A stretch of 64,000 nt of DNA from an uncultured Verrucomicrobiaceae bacterium (GCA_937983425.1 CALJZZ010000122.1:99285-163284), one strand, 5' to 3'; positions 56,003 to 64,000 are shown, counted from the first letter of the stretch. Numbers and translations: made by a program. Notes: generated by a model from the sequence alone, not told the origin.

Positions 56003-56625
56003 CACTTTCGATTCAACCATATCTCGAACAACTGCCGCACTGGCCGCAAAGCGGCCGCCACATCCTCGCGCAGTTCGACCATGATTCGATCATCGTTTAT
56101 CAGGCATACCGGCCCTCGATTGCGCGATTCGCAGTCGAGCACCAGCGATTTGGCGGCGAGTTCAGCTACAGCCGCATGAGCTGGATCAAGCCCAACTTCC
56201 TCTGGATGATGTTCCGCTCAGGCTGGGCCGCCAAGGAAGGCCAGGAGCATATTCTTGCCGTCCGTCTTCAAAGACGCTTCTTCGATGACGTGTTTGTGTC
56301 CGCCGTGGCTTCCAACTACGGCGCCAGCGGCTTCTCCACGCACGAGGACTGGCAGTCCGCCGTGGCAAACTCCGACGCGCGCCTCCAGTGGGATCCAGAT
56401 CACGATCCGCTCGGCCACTGCGTCGAGCGCCGTGCCGTTCAACTTGGCCTCCGGGGTGAAATGCTTCGACGCTACGGTCAGGAGGTCGTCCTGAGCATCG
56501 AGGACATCACTCCTTTCGTGGTCGAGCAGCGCGCTAATTTGAAGAATGATTTCACCGATCTCAAAACTCCTTCAGAACGAGTTTACCAACCTTCGGGGCC
56601 ACTCACCCATTCACAACTCCCATGA
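55999..56625 (+). CDS. DUF4291-like protein
   Basis: ILAQFDHDSIIVYQAYRPSIA...RMSWIKPNFLWMMFRSGWAAKEGQEHILAV matches my recollection of the DUF4291 signature. Starts at ATG 55999. Confidence 0.65.
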   Translation: MTLSIQPYLEQLPHWPQSGRHILAQFDHDSIIVYQAYRPSIARFAVEHQRFGGEFSYSRMSWIKPNFLWMMFRSGWAAKEGQEHILAVRLQRRFFDDVFVSAVASNYGASGFSTHEDWQSAVANSDARLQWDPDHDPLGHCVERRAVQLGLRGEMLRRYGQEVVLSIEDITPFVVEQRANLKNDFTDLKTPSERVYQPSGPLTHSQLP

Positions 56626-57167
56626 CCCCCGCCCAAACCACCCGCGCCAGCAAGTTCCTCAGCCTTGTCCTGCGGCATGAACCGGGAGCCGCGCATGTCA
56701 CGCTCGATTCCGCCGGTTGGACGGCGGTGGAGACGCTCCTGGCCGGGTGTGCCCACGCGGGAAGACCGCTATCGCGCGCGGACCTGGAGCACATCGTCGG
56801 CACAAATGCGAAGAAACGCTTCGAGTTCAGTGTCGACGGCCTGCGCATCCGCGCCAGCCAGGGGCATTCGGTCGAGGTGGCGCTGGAGTATGCGGCGCAA
56901 GCGCCTCCGGAACTCCTCTTTCACGGCACCGCGACACGCTTCCTCGATTCCATCCGCGTAAAAGGCCTGCTCAAAATGCAGCGCCATCATGTGCATCTGT
57001 CCGCAGAGACCCGCGTCACCCTGGAGGTCGGCGCACGTCATGGAAAACCGGTCCTACTGACCATCCTCGCCAGCCAGATGCACAACGAAGGGCATGTCTT
57101 CTATCGCAGCACGAACGGCGTCTGGCGTATCGAGCATGTGCCGTCATTCTTCATCCATTTTCCATGA
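56622..57167 (+). CDS. kptA: RNA 2'-phosphotransferase, Tpt1/KptA family (NAD+-dependent)
   Basis: SKFLSLVLRHEP, RIRASQGHS, LFHGT, RHHVHLS: all four catalytic-motif regions are present. Confidence 0.88.
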   Translation: MTPAQTTRASKFLSLVLRHEPGAAHVTLDSAGWTAVETLLAGCAHAGRPLSRADLEHIVGTNAKKRFEFSVDGLRIRASQGHSVEVALEYAAQAPPELLFHGTATRFLDSIRVKGLLKMQRHHVHLSAETRVTLEVGARHGKPVLLTILASQMHNEGHVFYRSTNGVWRIEHVPSFFIHFP

Positions 57168-57661
57168 ACCAGCACATCCCTATCAACTATATGACGGGCG
57201 ACGCTACCCGGCCTGCTGGCGTTGGTCCCGCAATCATCGCTCATATCTGCAATGACGTTGGTGGGTGGGGCGCAGGCTTCGTGATGGCACTTTCCAAGCG
57301 ATGGAAGGAACCCGAGGCTCAATACAGGCTTTGGTTCAAAGGCAAGATAGCAGACGCTCAGCCCTTTTCGCTTGGCGAGGTGATGCTGGTTGAGGTAGGC
57401 ACGGGTGTTCATGTGGCAAACATGATCGCACAGCACGGCATACGCTGGCAGGGCAACGAGCCGCCTATCCGGTATGAAGCTCTGGATCAAGCCTTGGGCA
57501 GGCTGGCAGATGCAGCACATCGGATCGGTGCCTCTGTTCACATGCCGCGCATTGGGTGTGGGCTGGCTGGCGGCACATGGGAGCGCGTCGAGCCGCTGAT
57601 TCAATCCCGGTTGTCTGATCGTGGCATCGCCGTCGTGGTCTATGACTTTGCCGAATCATGA
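57164..57661 (+). CDS. macro-domain protein (ADP-ribose/Appr-1''-p processing)
   Basis: YMTGDAT...AIIAHICNDVGGWGAGFVMAL...VHMPRIGCGLAGGTW. Starts at ATG 57164 (ATGA overlap). Confidence 0.8.
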   Translation: MNQHIPINYMTGDATRPAGVGPAIIAHICNDVGGWGAGFVMALSKRWKEPEAQYRLWFKGKIADAQPFSLGEVMLVEVGTGVHVANMIAQHGIRWQGNEPPIRYEALDQALGRLADAAHRIGASVHMPRIGCGLAGGTWERVEPLIQSRLSDRGIAVVVYDFAES

Positions 57662-58683
57662 GGCACCCACTTCCAGACTCCATTCTTGGCTGCCTGCTCG
57701 GCACGGCAGCGGGAGATGCGCTGGGCCTGCCCTTGGAACGATTGACCCGGCGGCGCATCCAACACTGGACGGGAGCCGAGTTGCGTCACCGGCTTGTCTT
57801 CGGTTGTGGAATGCTGAGCGACGACACGGATCACACGCTGATGCTGGCCGCGGCGCTGCGTCGGCATTGCGATGACGCGGCCGCGATGCAGCGAGATTTC
57901 GGCCGCCAGTTGCGCTGGTGGCTGGCGGCGCTGCCCGCAGGCGTGGGATTGAGCACGGCGCGGGCGATCTTGAGGCTATGGATCGGTTTTCCAGCCTCCA
58001 GATCCGGCGTGAAATCGGCAGGCAATGGCGCGGCGATGCGTGGTGCGATTGTCGGCGTGATCTTTCGCGATGACGCGGCGATGCGGCATGAATTCGCCCT
58101 CGCAGCCTGCCGGGTGACCCACACCGACCCACGCGCGGAGGAATCCGCGCTGCTGGTGGCCGAGGCGGCGGCCCTGGCGGCACACCATGCGGAAACAAAA
58201 ACCGTCCTCGACACTCTGCGACCGCTGGTGACGAGTGAGGAGATGAAATCGCGCTTCGCAGCCATGGAAACCGGCCTGAGCGAAAAAATCAGCGTCAGCG
58301 ACTACGCGGCACGGATCGGCTGCGAGCATGGCGTGAGCGGTTTCGCGCCGAACTCGGTCGCGGCGGCGCTTTTTGGCTGGCTGCGGCATCGCGGCGATTT
58401 CGAGCGCGTTTTGACCGAACTCATCGTCTGCGGTGGCGACACGGACAGCGTGGCCGCCATTGCGGGAGGCATCTGCGGCACCGAAACGGGCGAAAGCGGC
58501 ATTCCAAAGGCGTGGATCACAGGAATCCGCGACTGGCCCCGCTCCGTCACCTTCATCCGCAGCATGGCGCAGGAAAGCGTCGCGCCGCCACGCGTGCTCT
58601 GGCCTGCCATGCTGCTCAGAAATCTCTTTTTTCTCGGCGTGGTGCTCACGCATGGTTTTTGCCGCTTGCTTCCACCTTATTGA
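57658..58683 (+). CDS. ADP-ribosylglycohydrolase family protein (DraG/ARH-like) with hydrophobic C-terminal tail
   Basis: GTAAGDALGLPLE, MLSDDTDHTLM, GNGAAMR, CGGDTDSVAAIAGGICG. The tail reads LLRNLFFLGVVLTHGFCRLL. Confidence 0.85.
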   Translation: MRHPLPDSILGCLLGTAAGDALGLPLERLTRRRIQHWTGAELRHRLVFGCGMLSDDTDHTLMLAAALRRHCDDAAAMQRDFGRQLRWWLAALPAGVGLSTARAILRLWIGFPASRSGVKSAGNGAAMRGAIVGVIFRDDAAMRHEFALAACRVTHTDPRAEESALLVAEAAALAAHHAETKTVLDTLRPLVTSEEMKSRFAAMETGLSEKISVSDYAARIGCEHGVSGFAPNSVAAALFGWLRHRGDFERVLTELIVCGGDTDSVAAIAGGICGTETGESGIPKAWITGIRDWPRSVTFIRSMAQESVAPPRVLWPAMLLRNLFFLGVVLTHGFCRLLPPY

Positions 58684-58713
58684 TTCCGCTAAATCTCCAC
58701 ATCTACCCACACC

Positions 58714-59739
58714 ATGTTCGGCCTTCGATTCATCAAGATTCCACCCACGACGCATGTTATTCAACACAGCGGCGGCAAAGTCGTCCGCGAGGGCGCGGGG
58801 ATTTCGTTCTTTTATTACTCGCCCACGACCTCGCTCGTGGCGGTGCCGGTGGGCAGCACGGACGTGCCGTTCATCTTTGAGGAACAGACAGTGGATTATC
58901 AAAGCGTGAGCCTGCAGGGCCAGATCACCTACCGCATCGCGGAGCCGAAGAAGGTGGCGGGGCTGATGGACTTCACGCTCGCGCCCAACGGACGCGGCTA
59001 TGCCTCGGAGGATCCGGAGAAGCTGCCGCAGCGTGTGATCAATCTCGTGCATGTGCTGGCGCGCGCGGAGATCGAGAAACTGCCGCTGCGGCAGGCATTG
59101 CGCGCTTCGGAGACGTTGGTGACGGCGATTCGCGCTCAACTCGGCACCTCGGCGGAGCTGGCGGCTCTGGGGATCGAAGTGCTGGGCCTTTCGCTGCTGG
59201 CGATCAAGCCGACACCGGAGACGGCGCGTGCTTTGGAGGCGGAAACACGCGAGCAACTGCTCAAGGGCGCGGACGAGGCCATCTTCATGCGGCGCAATGC
59301 CGCCGTGGAGCAGGAGCGCGCGATCAAGGAGAACGAGCTGAACACCGAGATTGCCGTGGAGAACAAGAAGCGGCAGATTCGCGAGACACAGATGGACGCG
59401 GAGAAGGCGGTGCAGGAAAAAGAGGCGCAACTGGAGCGCGCGAAGCTGGAATCGAGCATCGGTCTCGAAGACGAGCGCAAGAAGCTGGTGGCGCTGGCGG
59501 CTGAGAACGCAAAAGCGGAGTCCGACACACGCGCCTACGGCATCGAGGCCACGATGAAGGCGCTCGCCAGCACGGACGCGGCCGTGTTGCAGGCGCTGGC
59601 GACCAGCGGCATGAGGCCGCAGCAGTTGATCGCGTTCGCCTTCCAGGAACTGGCCGCGAAGGCGGACAAGATCGGCAATTTGAACATCTCGCCGGAACTG
59701 CTGAGCGAGTTGCTGGCGAATCCGGGATCGAAGAAATGA
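58714..59739 (+). CDS. SPFH/band-7 domain protein with long C-terminal coiled coil
   Basis: SPFH-like core (...VSLQGQITYRIAEPKKVAGLMDF...LGIEVLGLSLLAIKPTPETARALE) followed by a charged coiled coil. Confidence 0.7.
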   Translation: MFGLRFIKIPPTTHVIQHSGGKVVREGAGISFFYYSPTTSLVAVPVGSTDVPFIFEEQTVDYQSVSLQGQITYRIAEPKKVAGLMDFTLAPNGRGYASEDPEKLPQRVINLVHVLARAEIEKLPLRQALRASETLVTAIRAQLGTSAELAALGIEVLGLSLLAIKPTPETARALEAETREQLLKGADEAIFMRRNAAVEQERAIKENELNTEIAVENKKRQIRETQMDAEKAVQEKEAQLERAKLESSIGLEDERKKLVALAAENAKAESDTRAYGIEATMKALASTDAAVLQALATSGMRPQQLIAFAFQELAAKADKIGNLNISPELLSELLANPGSKK

Positions 59740-59745
59740 GTTTTG

Positions 59746-59819
59746 CACCGCAGAGGTGAGAAAACCGCAGAGATGAATTCAGAAATGTCTTTCTCTGCGG
59801 TTTTCTAAACTCTGCGGTG
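59746..59819 (+). terminator. nested 25-bp inverted repeat (possible terminator or protein-binding site)
   Basis: Outer arms are CACCGCAGAG (59746-59755) and CTCTGCGGTG (59810-59819). Inner perfect 15-bp arms are 59759-59773 and 59792-59806, with an 18-nt loop. There is no U-tract after the outer stem. Confidence 0.45.
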
Positions 59820-59835
59820 TGCCATCTGAGCTTGT

Positions 59836-60774
59836 ATGAACCGCCTGACTGAAACGAAGATCATCCTCGTCGTGCGCGCGACGCGGCTGGCGGATTTGAA
59901 GGCGAAGTTCGCGACGAAATCGCAGGCAAAGTTTTATGTGAGCCGGCTGGGCGGTGATTTCGGCGATTACGAGCGCGAGGACGCCGCCTACCAGCAGTCC
60001 ATCGCACAAACACGACGTACCCTCGGCGAATTGGGGCGCGTGCAGCTCGTGCAGCGGGCTTTTCTGCCCAATTTCGTGTTTGGAGAGCAGGACATCGTGG
60101 TGGCGCTGGGTCAGGACGGATTGGTGGCAAACACCTTGAAGTATCTCAACGGCCAACCGCTCGTGGGCGTGAATCCGGACCCGAAACGCTACGACGGCCA
60201 GCTTCTGCCATTCCAGGTGCCGCAGCTCGACAAGGTGATGCGCGAGGTGCTGCGCGGCGGACGGTCAAAACGCGAGGTAACGATGGCGGAGGCGAAATTG
60301 AACACCGGCCTGAGCCTGTGCGCGGTGAACGATCTCTTCATCGGCATGAAATCCCACGGATCGGCGCGGTATCGCATCGCGCTGGGCAATACGGCGGAGA
60401 ACCATTCATCCAGCGGTGTGATCGTCTCGACCGGCCTCGGTTCCACGGGCTGGTTCAAAAGCCTGATGGCGGGTTCGATGGCAGTGGCGGTTGCCTCAGG
60501 CCGTGCGGCGGCCACCGAGCCAAAGGACACGAGTTTCCCGTGGGAATCGAATCACCTCTTCTTCACCGTACGCGAGCCTTTCCCGAGCAACACAACCGCC
60601 GCAGCGCTGGTTTTCGGTCAGGTGACGGCGCAGCAGCCGCTTGTGATCGAATCGCTGATGGGCGAGAACGGCGTCATTTTCAGCGACGGCATCGAGCAAG
60701 ACTTTATCGAGTTCAACTCCGGAACCAAGGCGACGATTTCAATCTCGAAGCGCAAAGGAAAGCTGGTCGCATGA
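59836..60774 (+). CDS. diverged ATP-NAD kinase-family protein
   Basis: ALGQDGLVAN (compare GGDGT), VNDLFIG (compare NE), and SSGVIVSTGLGSTGW (compare DG.IVSTPTGSTAY). Confidence 0.65.
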   Translation: MNRLTETKIILVVRATRLADLKAKFATKSQAKFYVSRLGGDFGDYEREDAAYQQSIAQTRRTLGELGRVQLVQRAFLPNFVFGEQDIVVALGQDGLVANTLKYLNGQPLVGVNPDPKRYDGQLLPFQVPQLDKVMREVLRGGRSKREVTMAEAKLNTGLSLCAVNDLFIGMKSHGSARYRIALGNTAENHSSSGVIVSTGLGSTGWFKSLMAGSMAVAVASGRAAATEPKDTSFPWESNHLFFTVREPFPSNTTAAALVFGQVTAQQPLVIESLMGENGVIFSDGIEQDFIEFNSGTKATISISKRKGKLVA

Positions 60775-60780
60775 GTGGAG

Positions 60781-62232
60781 TCACACCACCATCTCTTTGA
60801 TCACACGGCCTTCCACGTTCGTGAGGCGGCGCCGGACGCCGTTGTGCTCGAAGGTGAGGAGTTCGTGGTCGAGGCCGAGAAGGTGCAGAATGGTGGCGTT
60901 GAAGTCGTAGAGCGGATGGATGTCCTTCACCGCTTTCTGGCCGAGTTCGTCGGTGACGCCGTGGCTGACGCCGGGCTTCACCCCGGCGCCAGTCATCCAG
61001 CAGGTGAAGCCGTCGGGATTGTGATCGCGGCCCTTCGCGCCTTTTTGGAAGAAGGGCATGCGGCCGAACTCGGTACACCAGACGACGAGCGTGTCCTGCA
61101 ACAGGCCGCGTTGTTTCAGGTCGCGGATCAACGCGGCGGCAGGCTGGTCGAGGATGCTGGCATGCACATCATACTGCGCCTTGAGATCGCTGTGGCCGTC
61201 CCAGTTGAGCTTGCCGCCGCTGGCGTAGGCGCCGTTGAAAAGCTGCACGCAGCGCACCCCGCGCTCGATGAGACGGCGGGCGAGGATGCAGTTCTTCGCG
61301 AAGGCGGCCTTGTCGGCGTTCTGCGTGTCGTCCGCGCCATACATTTTGAGAATGTGCGCGGGCTCGGTGCTGAGGTCGTTGATCTCGGGCACGCTGAGCT
61401 GCATGCGCGCGGCGAGTTCGTAGCTGGCGATGCGTGCGGCGAGCTTTTGATCGCCCGGGTTCGCTTCGAGATGCCTCGCGTTCATCTTTTGCAGCAACGA
61501 GCGGGCGGCTTGATCCGCCTGCGCGGACACACCAGGCGCGGAAAGATGTCGCACGGGGCTCTTCGAACTCATCGCGGTGCCTTGGAAGGCGGCGGGGAGA
61601 AAACCGGGTCCCCAGTTGTTGGCGCCATTCTGCGGCACGCCGCGTGGATCGGGAATGGCGACGTAGCTGGGCAGATTCTGGTTTTCGCTGCCGAGCGCAT
61701 ACGTCACCCACGAGCCGAGAGAGGGAAAACCATCGAGGGTGAAGCCGGTGGAGAGGAAATTCTCCGCCGGACCGTGCGTGTTGGATTTGCTGGTGAGCGA
61801 ATGTACGAAGGCGAGGTCGTCCGTCAGTTCCGCAAGATGGGGAATCATGTCGCTGACCCACTTGCCGGTTTGTCCGCGTGGTCGGAAGGTGTATTGCGGC
61901 CGCGCAAGATTGCCCGCCGGGCCTTGAAACGTCACCGCAGGTCCGCCGGGCAACGGTTTGTCGTCCCACTTGATGAGTTCGGGCTTGTAGTCCCATGTTT
62001 CGAGCTGGCTCACTGCGCCTGCGCAGAAGATGACGACGACATTCTTTGCCTTCGCCGGGAAGTGCGGTTGTCGCGGCGCATACGGCCGTGCCGGATCGAT
62101 CAACAGGCCGTCCGCGGCCAGCAGGCGCGTCAACGCGATCGAGCCCAGTGCTGTCGCGCTGCTTGAGAGGAAGCGGCGACGGTCGAGCAGGTGATGACCT
62201 GGGGGCGAGAGGTGTTCGGCGGAAGGAAGCAT
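60781..62232 (-). CDS. DUF1501 domain protein (sulfatase-fold) with Tat signal
   Basis: [18 protein letters not shown], plus TEFGRMPF...[21 protein letters not shown] and the conserved C-terminal [16 protein letters not shown]. Starts at ATG 62232. Confidence 0.85.
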   Translation of the reverse strand: MLPSAEHLSPPGHHLLDRRRFLSSSATALGSIALTRLLAADGLLIDPARPYAPRQPHFPAKAKNVVVIFCAGAVSQLETWDYKPELIKWDDKPLPGGPAVTFQGPAGNLARPQYTFRPRGQTGKWVSDMIPHLAELTDDLAFVHSLTSKSNTHGPAENFLSTGFTLDGFPSLGSWVTYALGSENQNLPSYVAIPDPRGVPQNGANNWGPGFLPAAFQGTAMSSKSPVRHLSAPGVSAQADQAARSLLQKMNARHLEANPGDQKLAARIASYELAARMQLSVPEINDLSTEPAHILKMYGADDTQNADKAAFAKNCILARRLIERGVRCVQLFNGAYASGGKLNWDGHSDLKAQYDVHASILDQPAAALIRDLKQRGLLQDTLVVWCTEFGRMPFFQKGAKGRDHNPDGFTCWMTGAGVKPGVSHGVTDELGQKAVKDIHPLYDFNATILHLLGLDHELLTFEHNGVRRRLTNVEGRVIKEMVV

Positions 62233-62321
62233 GGACGGATGTCGGAAATGAAGAGCGCGTCTGGCACTCTCCACAACGCGCCGGGATTTTGCGTCCTATT
62301 GATGTCCACCGGAAAAATTTG

Positions 62322-64000
62322 ATGCAGACGCTCCCCGGCCAGCCACGTGCGGCGGCGGGAAATGCCTCGCCAAACGGGAGGCTGTCGGTCAAGGTGGGGG
62401 CTTCCGATTTCATGATCCAGTCGCTCGACGAATTCATCCGTGACGCCATGCAGGAGCATGATGTGGAGCGCGCGTCCGCGGAGGACACGATTTGCACGGG
62501 AACAAGGGGTGGAGCCGGCAGGCTCGGCGGGCTGGCCGGGCACCGGGTGGAGGATTTCATCGCACGCGGGGGCATGGGGGCGGTTTACCGGGCGCGGCAG
62601 GAGGTGCTGGAGCGCGAGGTGGCGGTGAAGGTGATGACCGGACAGGCCGACAGCGCGGAGGTGGCGGAGCGTTTCCGCCGGGAGGCACTGGTGCTGGGGC
62701 GCCTGGAGCATCCCAACATCGTGCCCATCTACGACCTGGGCCATGACGAGGACGGACACCTCTTTTACTCGATGAAGCTGGTGAAGGGCCGGACGCTGCA
62801 AACGCTCCTCAACGACCTGCGGAAGGAGCAGCCCGAAGCACTGCGCGACTCCAGTTTGAAACGCTTGCTGGATGTGTTCAGGAAGATTTGTGATGCGATC
62901 TCCTTTGCCCACAGCCGCGGTGTGCTGCATCGCGATCTGAAGCCGGACAACATCATGGTGGGCGAGTTCGGCGAGGTGCTGGTGATGGACTGGGGGCTGG
63001 CGAAGCTGCTGGGCAGCAATGACGAACCCAAAACGACTCCTTCATTCGACAGCAAGGACTCATCATTCAGCGGGACGCTGTCCGGGGCCGTGATGGGCAC
63101 GCCGCAATACATGAGTCCGGAGCAGGCGCTCGGGCAGAACGAGTCGCTGGACGTGCGGTCGGATGTCTATGCGCTGGGCGGCATCCTTTACGCGATCCTC
63201 ACGCTGCGCCCGCCGGTGGAAGGAAAGACGGCGGAGGAGGTGCTGAAGAAGGTGGGCAGCGGGCAGATCACCGCTCCGTCCCAACTGCACACCAGCACCA
63301 AAGCCAAAGGCGACGTGCCCGAAGCCAGCGCGATCAAACCGCTGCCGCATCTGGCGGGCGGGCGGGTGCCGGCGGCCCTGTCGTCCGTGGCGATGAAGGC
63401 GCTGGCGAAGGAACGTGCGCAGCGCTACCCGGATGCGCGCAGTTTGGGCGAGGACATCGAGAAATGGCAGAGCGGCTTCGCGACAATGGCGGAAGAGGCC
63501 GGGCTGGCGCGACAACTGACCCTTCTGGTCAAACGGCACAAGACGCCGTTCGTCATCGCCGCCGCCGCGTGGCTGCTGATCACATTGCTCGCCGTGATTT
63601 TTGTCTTCAATCTGCGTGAGAAGGAAAAGCGCGCGCTGGCTGGCGAGGCGTCGGCTGTTCAGGGGAGGGAGGCCGCCCGTGTGGCGCTGGCGAAATCGTC
63701 GATGGCGCTGGCGGAGGCGTCCCTGCGCGAGCGCAACGGACCGGCGATGCAGGAGTCGCTGCGGGCCGTGCCTGAGAACCTGCGTGATTCCACCTGGCAG
63801 TATCTGATGGACCAGTCCGACACGTCGTTTCGCACATTCGAGGACTCGGGAACGCAGATGACCGGCGTGGCGGCGCATCCGCTGCTGCCGCATGTGTTCG
63901 CTCTCGGGGATTCGACCGGAACGGTGCGCGTGATGGATGTGGCATCCGGCGATGTGCTGCGGAAGATCCAGCGCCCCACGGCTGCGGGTGAACCCAGGGC
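62322..64000 (+). CDS. Ser/Thr protein kinase with TM segment and C-terminal WD40-like region (partial, runs off right edge)
   Basis: Hand translation shows GGMGAVYRA, VAVKVM, HRDLKPDNIM, DWGLAK and GTPQYMSPE. A TM helix follows (FVIAAAAWLLITLLAVIFVF), then ...DSTGTVRVMDVASGDVL. An alternative start is at 62412. It is not in the ORF track because there is no stop in the window. Confidence 0.85.
   Translation, partial: MQTLPGQPRAAAGNASPNGRLSVKVGASDFMIQSLDEFIRDAMQEHDVERASAEDTICTGTRGGAGRLGGLAGHRVEDFIARGGMGAVYRARQEVLEREVAVKVMTGQADSAEVAERFRREALVLGRLEHPNIVPIYDLGHDEDGHLFYSMKLVKGRTLQTLLNDLRKEQPEALRDSSLKRLLDVFRKICDAISFAHSRGVLHRDLKPDNIMVGEFGEVLVMDWGLAKLLGSNDEPKTTPSFDSKDSSFSGTLSGAVMGTPQYMSPEQALGQNESLDVRSDVYALGGILYAILTLRPPVEGKTAEEVLKKVGSGQITAPSQLHTSTKAKGDVPEASAIKPLPHLAGGRVPAALSSVAMKALAKERAQRYPDARSLGEDIEKWQSGFATMAEEAGLARQLTLLVKRHKTPFVIAAAAWLLITLLAVIFVFNLREKEKRALAGEASAVQGREAARVALAKSSMALAEASLRERNGPAMQESLRAVPENLRDSTWQYLMDQSDTSFRTFEDSGTQMTGVAAHPLLPHVFALGDSTGTVRVMDVASGDVLRKIQRPTAAGEPR

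Noticed and set aside
57976-59748. 590-aa minus-strand ORF across the ARH and SPFH genes
   Set aside because: It is antisense to two genes with clear family motifs. Its Arg/Leu/Gln-rich composition marks it as a shadow frame.
54849-60780. Search for an integrase, transposase, tRNA target or inverted terminal repeats to explain the island
   Set aside because: None was recognisable by eye in the cargo or within ~1 kb of either repeat. No mobile_element feature is called, and the island status remains an inference.
1-64000. rRNA, tRNA, tmRNA and riboswitch scan by eye of all intergenic regions longer than 80 nt
   Set aside because: No cloverleaf-like or otherwise recognisable conserved RNA signature was seen. 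This is a weak negative, because no covariance-model search could be run.

Overview
High-GC bacterial chromosome segment, most consistent with a PVC-superphylum (Verrucomicrobiota-like) genome. Supporting markers are DUF1501 and DUF1552 proteins, a giant PVC-type CxxCH 'membrane-bound dehydrogenase', and a Ser/Thr kinase-WD40 protein. About 60 protein genes are supported. I recognised no rRNA, tRNA, CRISPR, transposase or integrase. All family names come from motifs read by eye; no HMM or BLAST search was possible.

Housekeeping blocks: argC-argJ, mreB-mreC-mreD-mrdA-rng, clpS, pyrD, aguB-aguA, rbsK, a PfkB sugar kinase and a nucleotide-sugar dehydrogenase.

Accessory highlights:
1. 54.85-60.78 kb: an eight-gene NAD/ADP-ribose module (NrtR-like Nudix regulator, 113-aa ORF, DUF4291-like, KptA/Tpt1, Macro, ADP-ribosylglycohydrolase, SPFH, NAD-kinase-like). 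Its first six genes are chained by ATGA overlaps. The whole block is bracketed by ~125-bp imperfect direct repeats derived from the 3' end of a DUF1501 gene. This is my best candidate for an uncharacterised system.
2. 30.6-44.3 kb: a 13-gene type IV filament (T4P/T2SS-like) operon behind a ~300-bp AT-rich island. It runs without a break into an ABC transporter and an MbnP-MbnH-like fusion protein.
3. Metal-handling loci: a TolC/adaptor pair with two Cys-rich mini-proteins but no RND pump in the window, and a DUF318 permease plus DUF1980-like partner with an extreme His/Cys loop.
4. An AbiEii-like nucleotidyltransferase with a small overlapping upstream ORF.
5. Three tandem repeat or hairpin arrays (41-bp, 31-bp and 7-bp units).

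Many long ORFs in the track are antisense shadow frames typical of high-GC DNA and were rejected.
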